From contig OX597814.1 in assembly GCA_951406725.2 (NCBI GenBank), forward strand, positions 99,386,001 to 99,450,000: 64,000 nucleotides of DNA. The letters are read 5' to 3'. The translations under genes and the position numbers were made by a program. Below are positions 1 through 13,220 of this stretch, in pieces (positions within the stretch are counted from its first letter, which is position 1; each line of letters opens with the position of its first letter). The stretch is from Octopus vulgaris. Taxonomy: Eukaryota. Under the pieces are notes generated by a model. That model searched no databases, was not told the origin of the DNA, and worked only from the letters and a program-made list of their open reading frames with translations.

Positions 1-47
1 TATTATCACTCATATAAGGTAGCGATGATCAGATTGCGCATTATTAC

Positions 48-119
<72 letters not shown>

Positions 120-429
120 CATTATTATCATTATTAAGTACTTTTAATATCTGCAGGAAGTGTATATATGGCGGCAACTGTGATCTACATTAACGTAACT
201 GTTTGTTTCCGCCAAGCTTTGAAACATGGAATATAGACCACTCATCCAAGATTATTGCGAATTTCTATGTTGAGTCTATGACGAGCACAAATCTCATCCA
301 GCATCCCTTTGGCGAAATGGAATACTTTTATTAAGGTATGCGTTTCACAACATTCATTGCTGAGATACTGCAAAATGAAATAGTTTGATTCTCTTACCGA
401 ATACATCTTACGATTGACTGGTGTTCTGA

Positions 430-910
430 GCAGGGAATAAATCTATGCTTGCTCGTTCACTCGAGTCTGTTCGGTCCGCCATTGCACGTAGAAGATCTTC
501 TCGGGTGCACTTGGAGTCCTCCTTTATGTAAGTTCGATGTGGTCGACCAGCATTTGCATATCCAAAGAAGAGTGTCGCTGATGATCGCTTCCTTTTGTTC
601 TTCAACCATCTGCAGTCAATCTTATTTTTCTTTCTCTAATGACCTGTGATATTGGTGGTAAATTACCATAGGGAAGTTCTTTCGTAGGTTGTCCAGAGCA
701 TCTCAAAGCATTCTTATATAAGTTTCGTCACTTACTTATCAAGACGTTTCGTTAGTGTCCATATTGTACATCCATATTAGAACACTAACCGCACAACCGC
801 CTGAAAGAAATTACTTTTCAAATTTAATGGAGGCTTAGATTTCCAGACTGTTAATAATTTATTTAATGCTTCTCAGGATTTGCCGATTCGGACATGAACA
901 TCACTCGGAT
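430..910 (-). mobile_element. Degenerate RTE-clade LINE, fragment of the region C-terminal to the RT domain
   Basis: Manual minus-strand translation gives SDVHVRIGKS..ALNKLLTVWKS..FFQAVVRLVF*YGCTIWTLTKRL..YGNLPPISQ, typical of the RTE post-RT region (YGCETWTL motif); several stops and frameshifts. Confidence 0.65.
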
Positions 911-1357
911 AAGTCGTCGTTTGCGGTTTTGCTTCTGAGCTATGTGATTTGTCGACATTTTTCAACCATATTTAACTTCACAGTATTATTAACCTATAAT
1001 AGCTTGCCGCTTGAGCCATTTTGGTGACTCTCAACAAAAAGCATATACTGAATTAGTGACAAAATATAAAAAGATACAAAAACACTGCAGAAAAACCGAA
1101 ACTTGTTTTGTAGAAGCTCTGTTGACCCTTTTTGTCATCTTTACCCCACTTATAAGATCTTATGTAATCCACTGATGCAAAAACAAAAGAAATTAAAAGA
1201 AAGAAAACATGTATATATATATAGGCAAGTACATTAATATATATAGATATGCATGTGTATATTTTCTACATATCTACATATATACATGCATATGTAGAAA
1301 TATATACACACATACGTATATTAGTACATTCATATCTTTGTGTGCATGTGTATGTCA

Positions 1358-1455
<98 letters not shown>

Positions 1456-1923
1456 GTATACACATATATTACTAAACTAAATAAGCTTATGTTTACAGTA
1501 TGAAGGAAAAGGGCGCCAAAGTGTTTTTTTTCTCCAGTAACTGATTTATCATGTTGCAAATAGTAAACTGTGATTTTTTTAAAGTAATGAACAAAAACGA
1601 ATTATAAATTTCCTCTTTTTCTCGTTTTTTACAGTCATGCCTTGTTGTCCTAATTATAAATAAATATTTTGGTTATATTGTTTAATGGTATTGAATGTTA
1701 AATAAATATAGTTTTAGAATGTTTTATTAAATAGAAACTGAGCTTTTAGATTGGATTCCGGACTGGAAAAAATTTGAACTTTTAATGTATTATTTCACAA
1801 TCAGCACTTATTATGAGAATTAATACAAACAAAGGATATGTTGTGATGGCGTTATTCTTTGTCTGTCACGGCATAGATTTTTCTTAACTCAACCTCATGT
1901 AAGTACATATATATATATACATA

Positions 1924-2264
1924 CGAGCAAAAGGGCCCCCCACCGTCCAATGGACGGTGCTGAGTTGTCAAACATTTAAACCAAATTTTCTCAAAGCAAC
2001 TTGTCCGACCGTCCCACAGGCCTCCCTTTTGAGAAACACTGATTTAACCTAAATTTGAGATACCAGCAAAAGAAGAAATAAAGATTTTATTCACTTTATC
2101 GATCGCATTCTCACCTGGAATCGATTTTTGTAATTTTTTCAAGACTTATACACGCCCTGATACCGTCGGTATCTACAAATCAAATTTGAGCGCAATCGGA
2201 TGGAGGACGCCCGAGATCCTGGAAGACACACACACAGACAGACAGAACGATTTTATATAATAGA
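1924..2264 (-). mobile_element. Non-autonomous Helitron-like element, family H1, internally deleted copy
   Basis: Minus strand starts A|TCTATTATATAAAA followed by (CTGT)n/(GT)n, has the subterminal hairpin ACCGTCCA-T-TGGACGGT and ends CTCG|T. Homologous to 45556-46103. Confidence 0.75.
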
Positions 2265-2266
2265 TA

Positions 2267-2560
2267 TGGAAGCACTCCGTCGGTTACGACGACGAGGATT
2301 CCGGTTGATCCGAATCAACGGAACAGCCTGCTCGTGAAATTAACGTGTAAGTGGCTGAGCACTCCACAGACACGTGTACCCTTAACGTAGTTCTCGGGGA
2401 TATTCAGCGTGATACAGAGAGTAACAAGGCCGGCCCTTTGAAATACAGGTACAACAGAAAATGGAAGAAAGAGTGAGAGAAAGTTGTGATGAAAGAGTAC
2501 AGCAGGGATCACCACCATCCCCTGCCGGAGCCTCGTGGAGCTTTAGGTGTTTTCACTCAA
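2267..2560 (-). mobile_element. SINE, 5'-truncated (family D); body shared with the SINE at 7207-7514, different tail
   Basis: tgccggagcctcgtggagctttaggtgttttc and gagagaaagttgtg are shared with 7340-7425; the tRNA head is missing. Confidence 0.6.
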
Positions 2561-2684
2561 TAGATATATTTACATATATAATACATATACGTGTGTGAAC
2601 GTGTGTGTATGCTCTATGTGAGGTTTGCGAAGGAGAAAATGAGTACTCAATCTTCAATGTGTTCAGGCTAAACTTGATAGTTTG

Positions 2685-2990
2685 CACAAAAGCACCCCAC
2701 ACATAATAACCCATGGAATTACAATCGGAGCAATTAGGAGGCCAGAAATTGGGGCTGTTGAAGTCGTAGAAATTCGCCAACAACCACTAGGAAATCATAC
2801 CGGTGGTATGATAAGGAAACGAATCCTGCTGCTACACATGGCTTGCCAGCATTAACACTCTTCTGTAAGGGATTGACAACAGTCTCTAGTACCTACACAT
2901 ATCTGTCTGAATTGAGACTAAAGCCCTGTTCAAAGATGTAGGGGTCCGTTCCGGCGTTTTAACTGCGTCAGAAAACATGTTGTGCTCTTT
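2685..2990 (-). mobile_element. Tc1/mariner-superfamily (maT/DD37D-like) transposase fragment
   Basis: ORF 2553-2783 contains NFWPPNCSDCNSMGYYVWG, a decayed WPPNSPDxNPxDYxVWG catalytic motif. Confidence 0.7.
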
Positions 2991-3139
2991 CTTGCTGCTG
3001 TCTCTTCGTATTCTCCGTCGCAGCTACCCCTGTCACATCTTACAGCCTTTAGAGTGTTCAGAGAGCTACTGAGCAGGAGTTAGGATGTCGACGTTTTGAT
3101 TCTCGGCTCGAATCATCATGATACAGGTAACTATTTTCC

Positions 3140-4160
3140 AATATTCAGATGGCTTACAATTCTCCATGTCAGGGGAATAGATGATAATCGGATGGCGCAA
3201 TTCTCACGCACAGTAGCCACTGAAACCAAGGACTTGTGTGCTGGAGTATTTTCCTGATGAAGCGATCATTTTCGCCAGTTTTCCCGGGAGTTTGGCCTTG
3301 AGAGTCTTTTGGAACTACCTCATCAATTTGGCATTGTACTGTTTATTGATGGTGTGGATCTTTTGTTGATAGTCAATAAACCCAATGCATTTTGGACCCC
3401 GAAAAACTGAAACTATCCCTTCCCCTGAAGATTAAATGAATTTGGCCTTGTTTGGAAGAAATGAAGAGAAGTGTTTCCACTGCATGGATTGTCTTTGTCT
3501 CTGGCTCAAAGCGATGAGCCTAACATTCATCATGGGTTAGAAAATGTTCAAGGAAACTAGTTGGGTCTGCTTCAAAGAATGTCAGATTTTATCGTGATGT
3601 GATGACCGCGGTGAGCTCTTGATCATGTGTCAGAAGAGGTGGCACCCACCGAGCAGATACCTTCGACATACTAAGCTCATTGTGTACAATATTCTCATTT
3701 CTCTCATGGGATATTCTAATAACATCAGTTATTTGATTTATTTCATCCATCACCATGTGGTGAACGTGACCAATGTTTTACTCTGTAGTGGCAGTTTCAG
3801 GACCTTCAGACCTTGGATCAACTGCAAGAGTTTCCCTTTCCCTCCAAAATTCAGCTGCCCGCTTTTGCTATCTTGACATCCCCTATTGTAGCAACCATGT
3901 CAGTATCATTGTCGTAGGGGTCTAAGCCCTTTTTCTGCTGGTTCTTGATAAAAGCACGATGGAAACTTTTCTCTATTATCAAGAAAAATTCGATACTTAG
4001 TTACATTGGAAGTCTCCTTTGGACAGTCAGATATCAGTTTAACCGGAAGGAAAAAAATTTAGTTACTAACAAGAAGAGTTGAAATTAAGGTATATGAGAT
4101 TTCACAGAGCTAACTCTACTCTTTCATAGTCAACCTAAGAACTATTCAAACTATCCTCTT
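3140..4160 (-). mobile_element. Degenerate mariner transposon (irritans-like), pseudogenised transposase
   Basis: Minus-strand motifs SARWVPPLLT (WVPHxL), FLEHFLTHDE, QSMQWKH and HQENTPAHKS (HDNAPAH); probable left terminus near 4160. Confidence 0.75.
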
Positions 4161-4336
4161 ACAACGTTATACTTCAAGCTCTAACGCTTGTGATTAATAC
4201 ATCAAGATGTTCCTGAAAAGAGCAACATAAAAAATAGCCAAATTTATCCCGAACAACCTATATATGTACAGACACACACATACAGACACGCACACACATA
4301 TGTATATATAAAGGTATCTATCTATCTATCTCTCTT

Positions 4337-4752
4337 ATTTCTTTATTGCCCACAAGGGGCTAAACATAGAAGGGACAAACAAGGACAGACAAACGGATTA
4401 AGTCGATTACGTCGACCCCAGTGCGTAACTGGTATTTAATTTATCGAGCCCGAAAGAATGAAAGGCAAAGTCGACCACAGCGAAATTTGAACACAGAACT
4501 TAACGACAGACGAAATACCTATTTCTTTACTACCCACAAAGAGCTAAGCACAGAGGGGACAAACGAGGACAGACAAACGGATTAAGTCGATTACGTCGAC
4601 CCCAGTGCGTAACTGGTATTTAATTTATCGACCCCAAAAGGATGAAAGGCAAAATCAACCTCGGCTGAATTTGAACTCAGAACTTAACAGCAGACGAAAT
4701 ACCGCTTAGCATTTTGCCCGGCGTGCTAACGTTTCTGCCAGCTCACCGCCTT
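4337..4752 (-). mobile_element. tRNA-derived SINE family A, head-to-tail dimer (184-bp period), tail type 1
   Basis: Head AAGGCGGTGAGCTGGCAGAAACGTTAGCACG with B-box GAGTTCAAATTC; core GCCTTTCATCCTTTTGGGGTCGATAAA; second unit begins at GGTATTTCGTC; 3' end GCCCCTTGTGGGCAATAAAGAAATA; flanked by GATA repeats. Confidence 0.9.
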
Positions 4753-4765
4753 CTGTCTATCTATC

Positions 4766-4806
<41 letters not shown>

Positions 4807-5466
4807 ACACGAATAGCAACCAAATGTTTATACTCTGTTAATTGTTTTCCATTTCACATTATCAAGACAGCCAGTTCTGTACTTATCTGTGTTTCTTGCT
4901 CCTCTCGGTTCCTATCTACCTGTCTATCACCCTCTATCTTCACATAATCTAGTCTTCTCTGTTTCCACGTTCTCCATGCTGAGTTTATTTATACATTATG
5001 TATCCCTACTAAAAGACTTAATTATGTTTTGCTACAAGTGCCTCTAACTCTATCATTCTTGTCTTGGTGTAAGTTCATCTCATTATAATAGCATTTGTTA
5101 TACTAACAAACATATATGCAAGGACGCTATTACACACAGAGATAAATAGATACGTACACATGAATGTATATATATATATATATATATACATGTATATACA
5201 CACACATATATATACATGTATATACATACACACACATATACATATGTATATACACCACACATATATACATACATATATTTTTATTTATATATATACATAC
5301 ATATATGCATACTCTGTATGTAAGTATCTGTATATATGGTTATATATATATATCAATATATAAACATTGTATTAGTGTGTATGTATACATTATATATGTA
5401 TATGTATATATATATATCTGTGTATATATATATATATGTGTGTGTGTGTATATATATATATATCTG

Positions 5467-5544
<78 letters not shown>

Positions 5545-5566
5545 TGCGCATATGTTTGCATATATT

Positions 5567-6335
5567 TATCTGGTATTCCGCAAAGAAATTTGCCCAGATT
5601 CAGTTTAATGTTCGTGGGATCCTTTCCCTCTTCGATATGTTTCAGACAATGTTAAATAGGGCAGGGCCTTTTGAGGAAAAGAAAATTCTGTTACAGTGTA
5701 TATATGTGCTGTGGTCCTGAATAGGATAGGGGACGTATGGCCCGTGGTCCTCGCCTTGGAGGTCGTTTGGTCAATGCTGTTGGTATATTGCCCACATCGT
5801 GCAAATGATGTATCGCTCATGGCTGCGTTGGAGAGAATAGAGTTTCAATACTTTAAGGCGGTCCCTACAATCGAGATCAATCATGCCTTTAATTCTTTTA
5901 GTGAATAACCACTAGGGTGAGTCAATTTTCGAAATGTTTTGTTTTCATGTGGAGACCACAGAGGGCAGCAGTATTCGAAATGTGGATGTACAAAGGAGGA
6001 GACGAGAGGAATGAGGACACCGTGTTCTTTGGACCGGAAGGTTCTTGGGATCCTGGAGCACATCCTACGAGCTATATCAACCTTATTGTTGATGTGGGCA
6101 CTCCAGCTGAGATTGTTGACAACAATTACTCTTTGGTCTCTGATATTATTAGATGTTATGAGTGATTCCTCTGAAGGAGGAGAGGATGGCTGTTTTAGCA
6201 TAGCCTTTCTTCCAAAATGCATCAGCTCAAATTTTCCTTCCTTTAGTTGCATTTTGTTTTTGTCTGCCCATTGACTCACAGCATGTAGATCAGAGTGGAG
6301 TTCAGATCGGTTTTCTTCATTGATAATTTTCTGCG
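5567..6335 (-). mobile_element. CR1/L2-group LINE, C-terminal RT fragment
   Basis: C-terminal half of ORF 5881-6654: SDLHAVSQWADKNKMQLKEGKFELMHFG..NNLSWSAHIN..HPHFEYCCPLWSP; further downstream DRLKVLKLYSLQRSHERY. Confidence 0.85.
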
Positions 6336-7020
6336 TGGAGTTCCCTTTTGGGGTATGGTTGGGCTTTTCCCCTGTCACTAAGCCAATGTCTACGACACTT
6401 AACATTTTGATAACAGACCCTTTCTTCACCTGTCTGACCAAAAAGGGCAAGACAAGTTCACTAGAACGAAGAGAAGAGCACATGCCCACCCGGGGTTTGC
6501 ATTTGGCTTGAAAAAAATCATGAGGCACCCACTTTACGAGTTTGGGGGACCTTTCCAAGCTGTTGAAGATGGCGGTGAACACTTGTATAGTTTGAATGAA
6601 GCTTGCTTGCCATTTTCCAACTGAAACTGCATGATCCTTTTTAAGTTCTGCCAAAAGGAGCTTGTCATCAAACTCAATCGGACGACCTGTTCGGGCTTCA
6701 TCTTCTAGGCAGAGATTTCCATTTTTGAATTTTACAAACCATTTTCTGCAAGCTCTTTCATTCAGGCAGTATTCTCCATAAGCTGAGTGAGTATTTCGAA
6801 TAATTTTACTTGCAGAGTTGCCTTTTTAAAATTCATAAAGCATGATGTGCATCAAATGCTCCTTAACACTTCCATGTTTGAAGAACTATAATTAGCGAAA
6901 TTTCAATTAATTTAAATATGTCCAAATGCATGTAAATATTACTTAATACCATTAGACGTTCTAAAAGCGTTTACAAATTGAAAATATGAAAGTCCGAATA
7001 TTACTTAGGGGATGACCTGA
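6336..7020 (-). mobile_element. Mariner transposon, 5' half (TIR, HTH and WVPH motif), truncated
   Basis: TA|TCAGGTCATCCCCTAAGTAAT resembles the TIR of the 28115 mariner; ATG at 6875 (MEV..KEHLMHIMLYEF); LEDEARTGRP; KWVPHD. Confidence 0.85.
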
Positions 7021-7206
7021 TACCATACAAAGTTTCATATAACATACAACTGTATTTGTCTATCTTGTTCATATACACGTCACTCTCCACATTGAGTTAT
7101 TTCATTTAGCAAATGATTAAATGATATGTGAGTGACTCTGTGTGTGCGTATACAGGCAACACTGTCAAGATACACACACAGACATATATGTATATATATA
7201 TATATT

Positions 7207-7514
7207 GCTGTTGTTGTTTGTTCTTCTCGAGCCACGCCTGGCTCAGAGGGCTGGTTTTTCAGTTTCCTTGGCGTATAGGTTCCCCACCTGGACGGGACGC
7301 CGGTCTGTCGCAGGTGAGATGCAAGATGCAGGAGAAAAGTTTGAGAGAAAGTTGTGGCGAAAGAGTCAGCAGAAGTTCGCCATTACCTTCTGCCGGAGCC
7401 GCGTGGAGCTGAGGTGTTTCGCTCATAAACATATACATCGCTCGGTCTGAGATTCGAACCCGCGATACCTCGACTGCGAGTCCGCTGCTCTAATCACTAG
7501 GCCATATGCCTCTA
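7207..7514 (-). mobile_element. Full-length tRNA-derived SINE family C with V-domain-like 3' part
   Basis: A-box TGGCCTAGTGATT, B-box GGGTTCGAATCTC; CCTGCGACAGACCGGCGTCCCGTCCAGG resembles the V-SINE conserved block; (CAA)n tail. Confidence 0.8.
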
Positions 7515-7546
7515 CACACACACACACAAACACACACACACGCACA

Positions 7547-7658
<112 letters not shown>

Positions 7659-8665
7659 CGCGCATTAACATGCACCTTTCCTCACGTTTATGTGTGCATA
7701 TATGTCTGTGTGTGTGTGTATGTGTGTGCAATATATGTGTGATATATTTTATTGTAATCCTCATGCTCCTCTAATTCATTGTCTTTATTACTCACACTAA
7801 CTTCCTTGTAACCAAGTCTTTCCTTTTCTGGTGTCGGTCAACTTGTTCTATACTGTAGGTCTGCCAGAATCGCTGACAAGAAATATCCCAGATAAGATAA
7901 AATGTACAACAACGGAAGCCACAAAATCAACATAGGCGAGTAATGATAACGCAAAAAAAACTGTTAAGTGAAATAGAAGCTGCTAAAAGCTTTTATCTGA
8001 GAAGAGTAGAAACATTAGAGAGCACCAATTATCATAGAAAAGGAGGAAGAGAAGAAAAAATGGAAAAATAGAAGACTCCAAGTAATAACGCAAGAAACCT
8101 GTTTACATTCGCTCGAACCTATATCCGCCAAATTTCCATGAAATCAGCCTATATCTTATGTGAAAAGAAGAAGGCACATGTGACGCTGTTGTCATACAAA
8201 TTCTTAAATAGGCGGCACAATCACGGCTGGAATACCATTGATCAATAAGAATATTGAATCAGAGCTGATATTGGGCTAAACAACAACAGCAACAACAATA
8301 TACTTTTATTTATTATCAAGGAAATCAACATTCTAGCATAGTCACAAAGCCAGAAATGCGTGAGAAGGTTTAGTCGATAAAATTCCATTACTTGACTTGT
8401 ATAGTACTCCATATACATAGAACGAATGTGAAATATATCTTGGTGGAATTTAAACTCATAACTGAGATAAATATTTCAATACATTTTGTACAGTGCTGTA
8501 ACAATACTCTTTAATTCATTGCTTTCACCGCATGAATGATTTCTAACATGGCCATAAGGTCAAGAATTTTGATGGGATGGAACTGTTGATTATTTGAATT
8601 GCAGTTATTGACTGATACTTTATTGTATCGATTTTAACGAAAATCATCAGCATTATTTAAGAGTT

Positions 8666-9150
8666 TTATGACCGTGCTACTCGGGGCAAAATCAGTACCC
8701 TAGCCTTGACAAGGCATTGGCTGCAATAGCTGAGGATTAAGAAAAAGTTGTAATTCCTCAAAGTGGTTGTAGAATTATATGTAGCTTCTTCTTCTGTCTC
8801 AAATCTCTCCTCAATAGCTCCAAACTTCTTTCCTTGGGTGATGTGGGTCATTTCTTCCCTTACGCGTCCAAGGCATTTTCGTACTTCGCTCTCAGGAGCA
8901 TTTTCGCCCGCCTAGACTTGACTCCGATGCAACGGTATCTTAGCGTGCATCTTGCAATATTTTCTATCACGTCGGATGGAGGATTTAGAGCTACCCTTTT
9001 CCCATCTATTTTTACAATTTTTCTTGCTAATTTTAATTCTTCACCATTCATGTGGAAACTTTCCATATTTCAAAGAGGTGTTGCCTTAGTTCACTGGTAG
9101 TGAACAGCTGACACCGTAGTACATCTCCAGCGTTAGAAGCTGTGCAAAGG
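8666..9150 (-). mobile_element. Probable 5' end/ORF1 N-terminus of an L1/Tx1-clade LINE (frameshifted)
   Basis: ORFs 8860-9066 and 8666-8851 join through one frameshift into a ~130-aa protein-like frame (..RCTLRYRC..SEVRKCLGRVREEMTHITQGKKFGAIEERFETEEEA..YCSQ). Resemblance to LINE ORF1 is from pattern memory only. Confidence 0.4.
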
Positions 9151-9164
9151 CAATAATAATAACG

Positions 9165-9358
9165 ATCTTCTCTACTATAAGGAGGGATCTAATCGATTAC
9201 ATCGACCTCTGTGTATAGCTGGTACTTATTTTATCGACCCCGAATGGATGAAAGGTATAGATGACCTCGGCGGAATTTGAACTCAGAACATGGCGGCAGA
9301 CGAAATACCGCTAATCGTTTCGCCCGGTGTGCTAACGATTCTGTCAGCTCACCGCCTT
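9165..9358 (-). mobile_element. SINE family A, tail type 2, flanked by (TAA)n
   Basis: Same head and core as 4337-4752; different tail ending in (TTA)n. Confidence 0.85.
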
Positions 9359-9359
9359 G

Positions 9360-9810
<451 letters not shown>

Positions 9811-9829
9811 AGATGATTTTCAAAATGAG

Positions 9830-10125
9830 AATATCTGAAATAAACTTGACTGCTCTCACAAACAAGAATACTAAAAATGAACCCGACCGTTCTCAAAAAT
9901 TAAGTAAAAAAAAACAAAAACAAAAAAACCAGGAAAAATAATCCAGAATCCTTCTCCGGTACCGGATCGATCCCAAAATCTAATCAGTTCGTGCCAGTCA
10001 CGAAGCCAAACATTCCTGAAAGTTTCCTCCGAATCCATCCTGCGGTTCTTGTAATATTTTGTCCTCAGTCAAAGAAACAAAGGAACAAACAAAAAACAAA
10101 AAAAGAACAAAAAGTACTACTGAAA
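9830..10125 (+). mobile_element. Probable Helentron/HINE-like non-autonomous element fragment
   Basis: ccggatcgatcccaaaatctaatcagttc..aaagtttc..aatccatcc..aatattttgtcc..(caaa)n layout typical of such elements; termini not resolved. Confidence 0.4.
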
Positions 10126-10190
<65 letters not shown>

Positions 10191-10203
10191 GATGATGATG
10201 ATG

Positions 10204-10249
<46 letters not shown>

Positions 10250-10304
10250 TGATGATGATGATAATAATAATAATAATAATAATGATAATAATAATAATAA
10301 TAAT

Positions 10305-10508
10305 AGTGCCACAGGGGTAACAATTCTGGGGGAGAAGATGAGTCGATCACATCGAGTCGAGTGGTTCACTGGTATTTAATCTATCGACCCCGAAAGTATG
10401 AAAGGCAAAGTTGGCCTCGGCGAAATTTGAAATCAGAAAGTAGCGACAGGCGAAATACCGCTAAGTATTTCGAACGGTGCGTTAACGATTCTGCTAGCTC
10501 GCCGCTTT
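10305..10508 (-). mobile_element. SINE family A, tail type 2, within (TAA)/(TGA)/(GAA) arrays
   Basis: Family A head and core; trinucleotide arrays on both sides. Confidence 0.85.
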
Positions 10509-10509
10509 G

Positions 10510-10543
<34 letters not shown>

Positions 10544-10548
10544 TAATA

Positions 10549-10628
<80 letters not shown>

Positions 10629-11559
10629 GAAGAAGAAGAAGAAGAAGAAGAAGAAGAAGAAGAAGAAGAAGAAGAAGAAGAAGATAACAGCAAAATCAAC
10701 AACGTAACGCAAAAACAGGGAAAATGAAAGAGGTTGAAGAGGAGGAGAATGTGAAATGAAGGGACGAGGAAGGATTATGTTTCCATTTTCTCTCTTGTAG
10801 CGAGCTCTTCTTGCTGTTATTGTCTCAACGACGTGTTATCGTTCTCCCTACCTACCGCACTCCACTGTTTTTAAAATGATTGTTATCACTCATCCTGAAG
10901 CGTGATTCGATCTGTCTCTGTCACTCTTTACAGGTGTATACTATCAAGCCGATGTCCATGTCAACAACATAGCTGAATATCTACACTTCCTTGTACAACT
11001 ATATCCATTACTTTATATCTATACATTTATCTTTGAAAAAAGACCATCTCGTTTCTCTCCTCACATAAATGTTTTTTACTTTTTAAGCTAACTCCATTTT
11101 TTTTAAAACTGTCTCCTCCCTCCTCTCACTCTCTCTTTTCTTCTCTCTTGAATCCCCTTCTACACTTTAAGCATATGTATGGAGAGATATACGTTGCGCG
11201 TGCAGATACAAATATACACACGTGTTTGTGCGTCTCTCACGATGCCTTCTGTCTCCCCATCTCTCGATATAGATATATGCGTATGTGTGTATGTGTGTGT
11301 GTGTATGTGTGTACCCGTGAGTGTGTGTGTGTGTTTGAGTGTGTCTGCGTGTGTATATGTGTGTGAATACATATATTGCATGCTTGTGTATGTGAGTGCT
11401 TATATATATATATGTATGTACATGCATACATACATATGTATACACACAGACACGCATATGAGTATGCATTCTGTATATGTATATCTATTTTTTCTCTATG
11501 TACGTGCGTGTGTGTGTGTATATATATAAATGCATATATATGCGTATACATATGTATAT

Positions 11560-11597
<38 letters not shown>

Positions 11598-11604
11598 ATG
11601 CATA

Positions 11605-11681
<77 letters not shown>

Positions 11682-11689
11682 TATGCATT

Positions 11690-11720
<31 letters not shown>

Positions 11721-11721
11721 G

Positions 11722-11774
<53 letters not shown>

Positions 11775-11791
11775 GCATATATATGTGTGTG

Positions 11792-11833
<42 letters not shown>

Positions 11834-12406
11834 CATATGTATATATATATGTATATGTTTATATATATACACACATACACACACATACACATTTAAGTCG
11901 ACAAGCCGCACACAGTCATATGAAGTTACACGTACACCCCTTCACTACTACCTTTCAAAATTTCCTCCATTTTCACTGTTAAAACTTTTCTTTATTTTGA
12001 ACTTAATCATTCCTCTCACTCTCCATCATCATGTTCCCTCATCCTTTCTGCTATTATCTTCCTAACTAACTCTTCCCTATCTCGGATTCTGATGTAACAA
12101 CGCTTGTCTCAGTAGAAATAACATAAACAACACCTATATTTAGGTAGACATATGCAATGTTTTAACGTTTGTGTGTATGTTATTGTGAATACTGCTGTTA
12201 ATAGTGTTCTCTTTTTGGTACTCCCGTCTAACTATTTTTGAAGTGATAAAAAGAGAGCGATGAGTGATCGTATAGGGGAGAGGCTTATAGATGACTCGTA
12301 GTCACTTAACGAATATGGCCGATGCACTCCCTTGTTGTAGTTTCAAACCAGGGTTTCGCAACCGTTTTTTTATCTATGGATCCCTTTGATATTATTTTTT
12401 TCTTCT

Positions 12407-12890
12407 GACTTTGCCTTTCATCCCTTCGCTGTCGATTAAATAAGTACCAGTTACGTACTGGGGTCGATATAATCGACTTAATCTGTTTGTCTGTCCTTGT
12501 TTGTCCTCTCTGTGTTTAACCCATTATGGGTAGTAAAGAAATAGGTATTTCGTCTGCCGTTACGTTCTGAGTTCAAATTCCGCCCAGGTCGACTTTGCCT
12601 TTCATCCTTTCGGGGTCGATTGAATAAGTACCAGTTACGCACTGGGGTCGACATAATTGACTTAATCCGTTTGTCTGTACTTGTTTGTCCCCTCTGTGTG
12701 TAGCCCCTTGTGGGTAGTAAAGAAATAGGTATTTCGTCTGCCGCTACGTTCTGAGTTCAAATTACGCTAAGGTCGACTTTGCATTTCATCCTTTCGGGGT
12801 CGATTAGATAAGTACCAGTTGCGTACTGAGCTCGATCTTATAGACTGGCCCCTCCCCCAAATTTCGGGCATTGTGCCTACAGCAGACAAG
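12407..12890 (+). mobile_element. SINE family A tandem trimer (184-bp period): two tail-1 units then one tail-2 unit
   Basis: Junction AAAGAAATA|GGTATTTCGTCTG at 12544 and 12728; the last unit ends CCCCTCCCCCAAATTTCGGGCATTGTGCC. Confidence 0.9.
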
Positions 12891-13151
12891 TTATTAAGCA
12901 AATTTAGAAGGGAAAGCTTTAAAGAATAAATTCTGTTCTATCGTGTATGTTAGTTTTATTAAGGCATAGTTTGAAGAATATGAATACTAAACTCGGGAAA
13001 ATAATAATTGCAGTTTTAATATATATATTGTCTACTTAGTGGCCTTCATAAAGAGAAATAAGTGAGAAGGTTTGTTCGATTGGGTGTCAGAAAGAGATAG
13101 CGAGCTAGCGAAAAAGATAGAGAGAAAAAGAGAAAGAGAGATTGAAAAAGT

Positions 13152-13220
<69 letters not shown>

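Noticed and set aside
7440-7514. tRNA gene (A and B boxes present)
   Set aside because: It continues into a SINE body with no proper acceptor stem or terminator; the same applies to family A and B heads.
12407-12890. Regularly spaced repeats resembling a CRISPR array
   Set aside because: The whole 184-bp unit repeats with no unique spacers; the context is a eukaryotic SINE and there are no cas genes.
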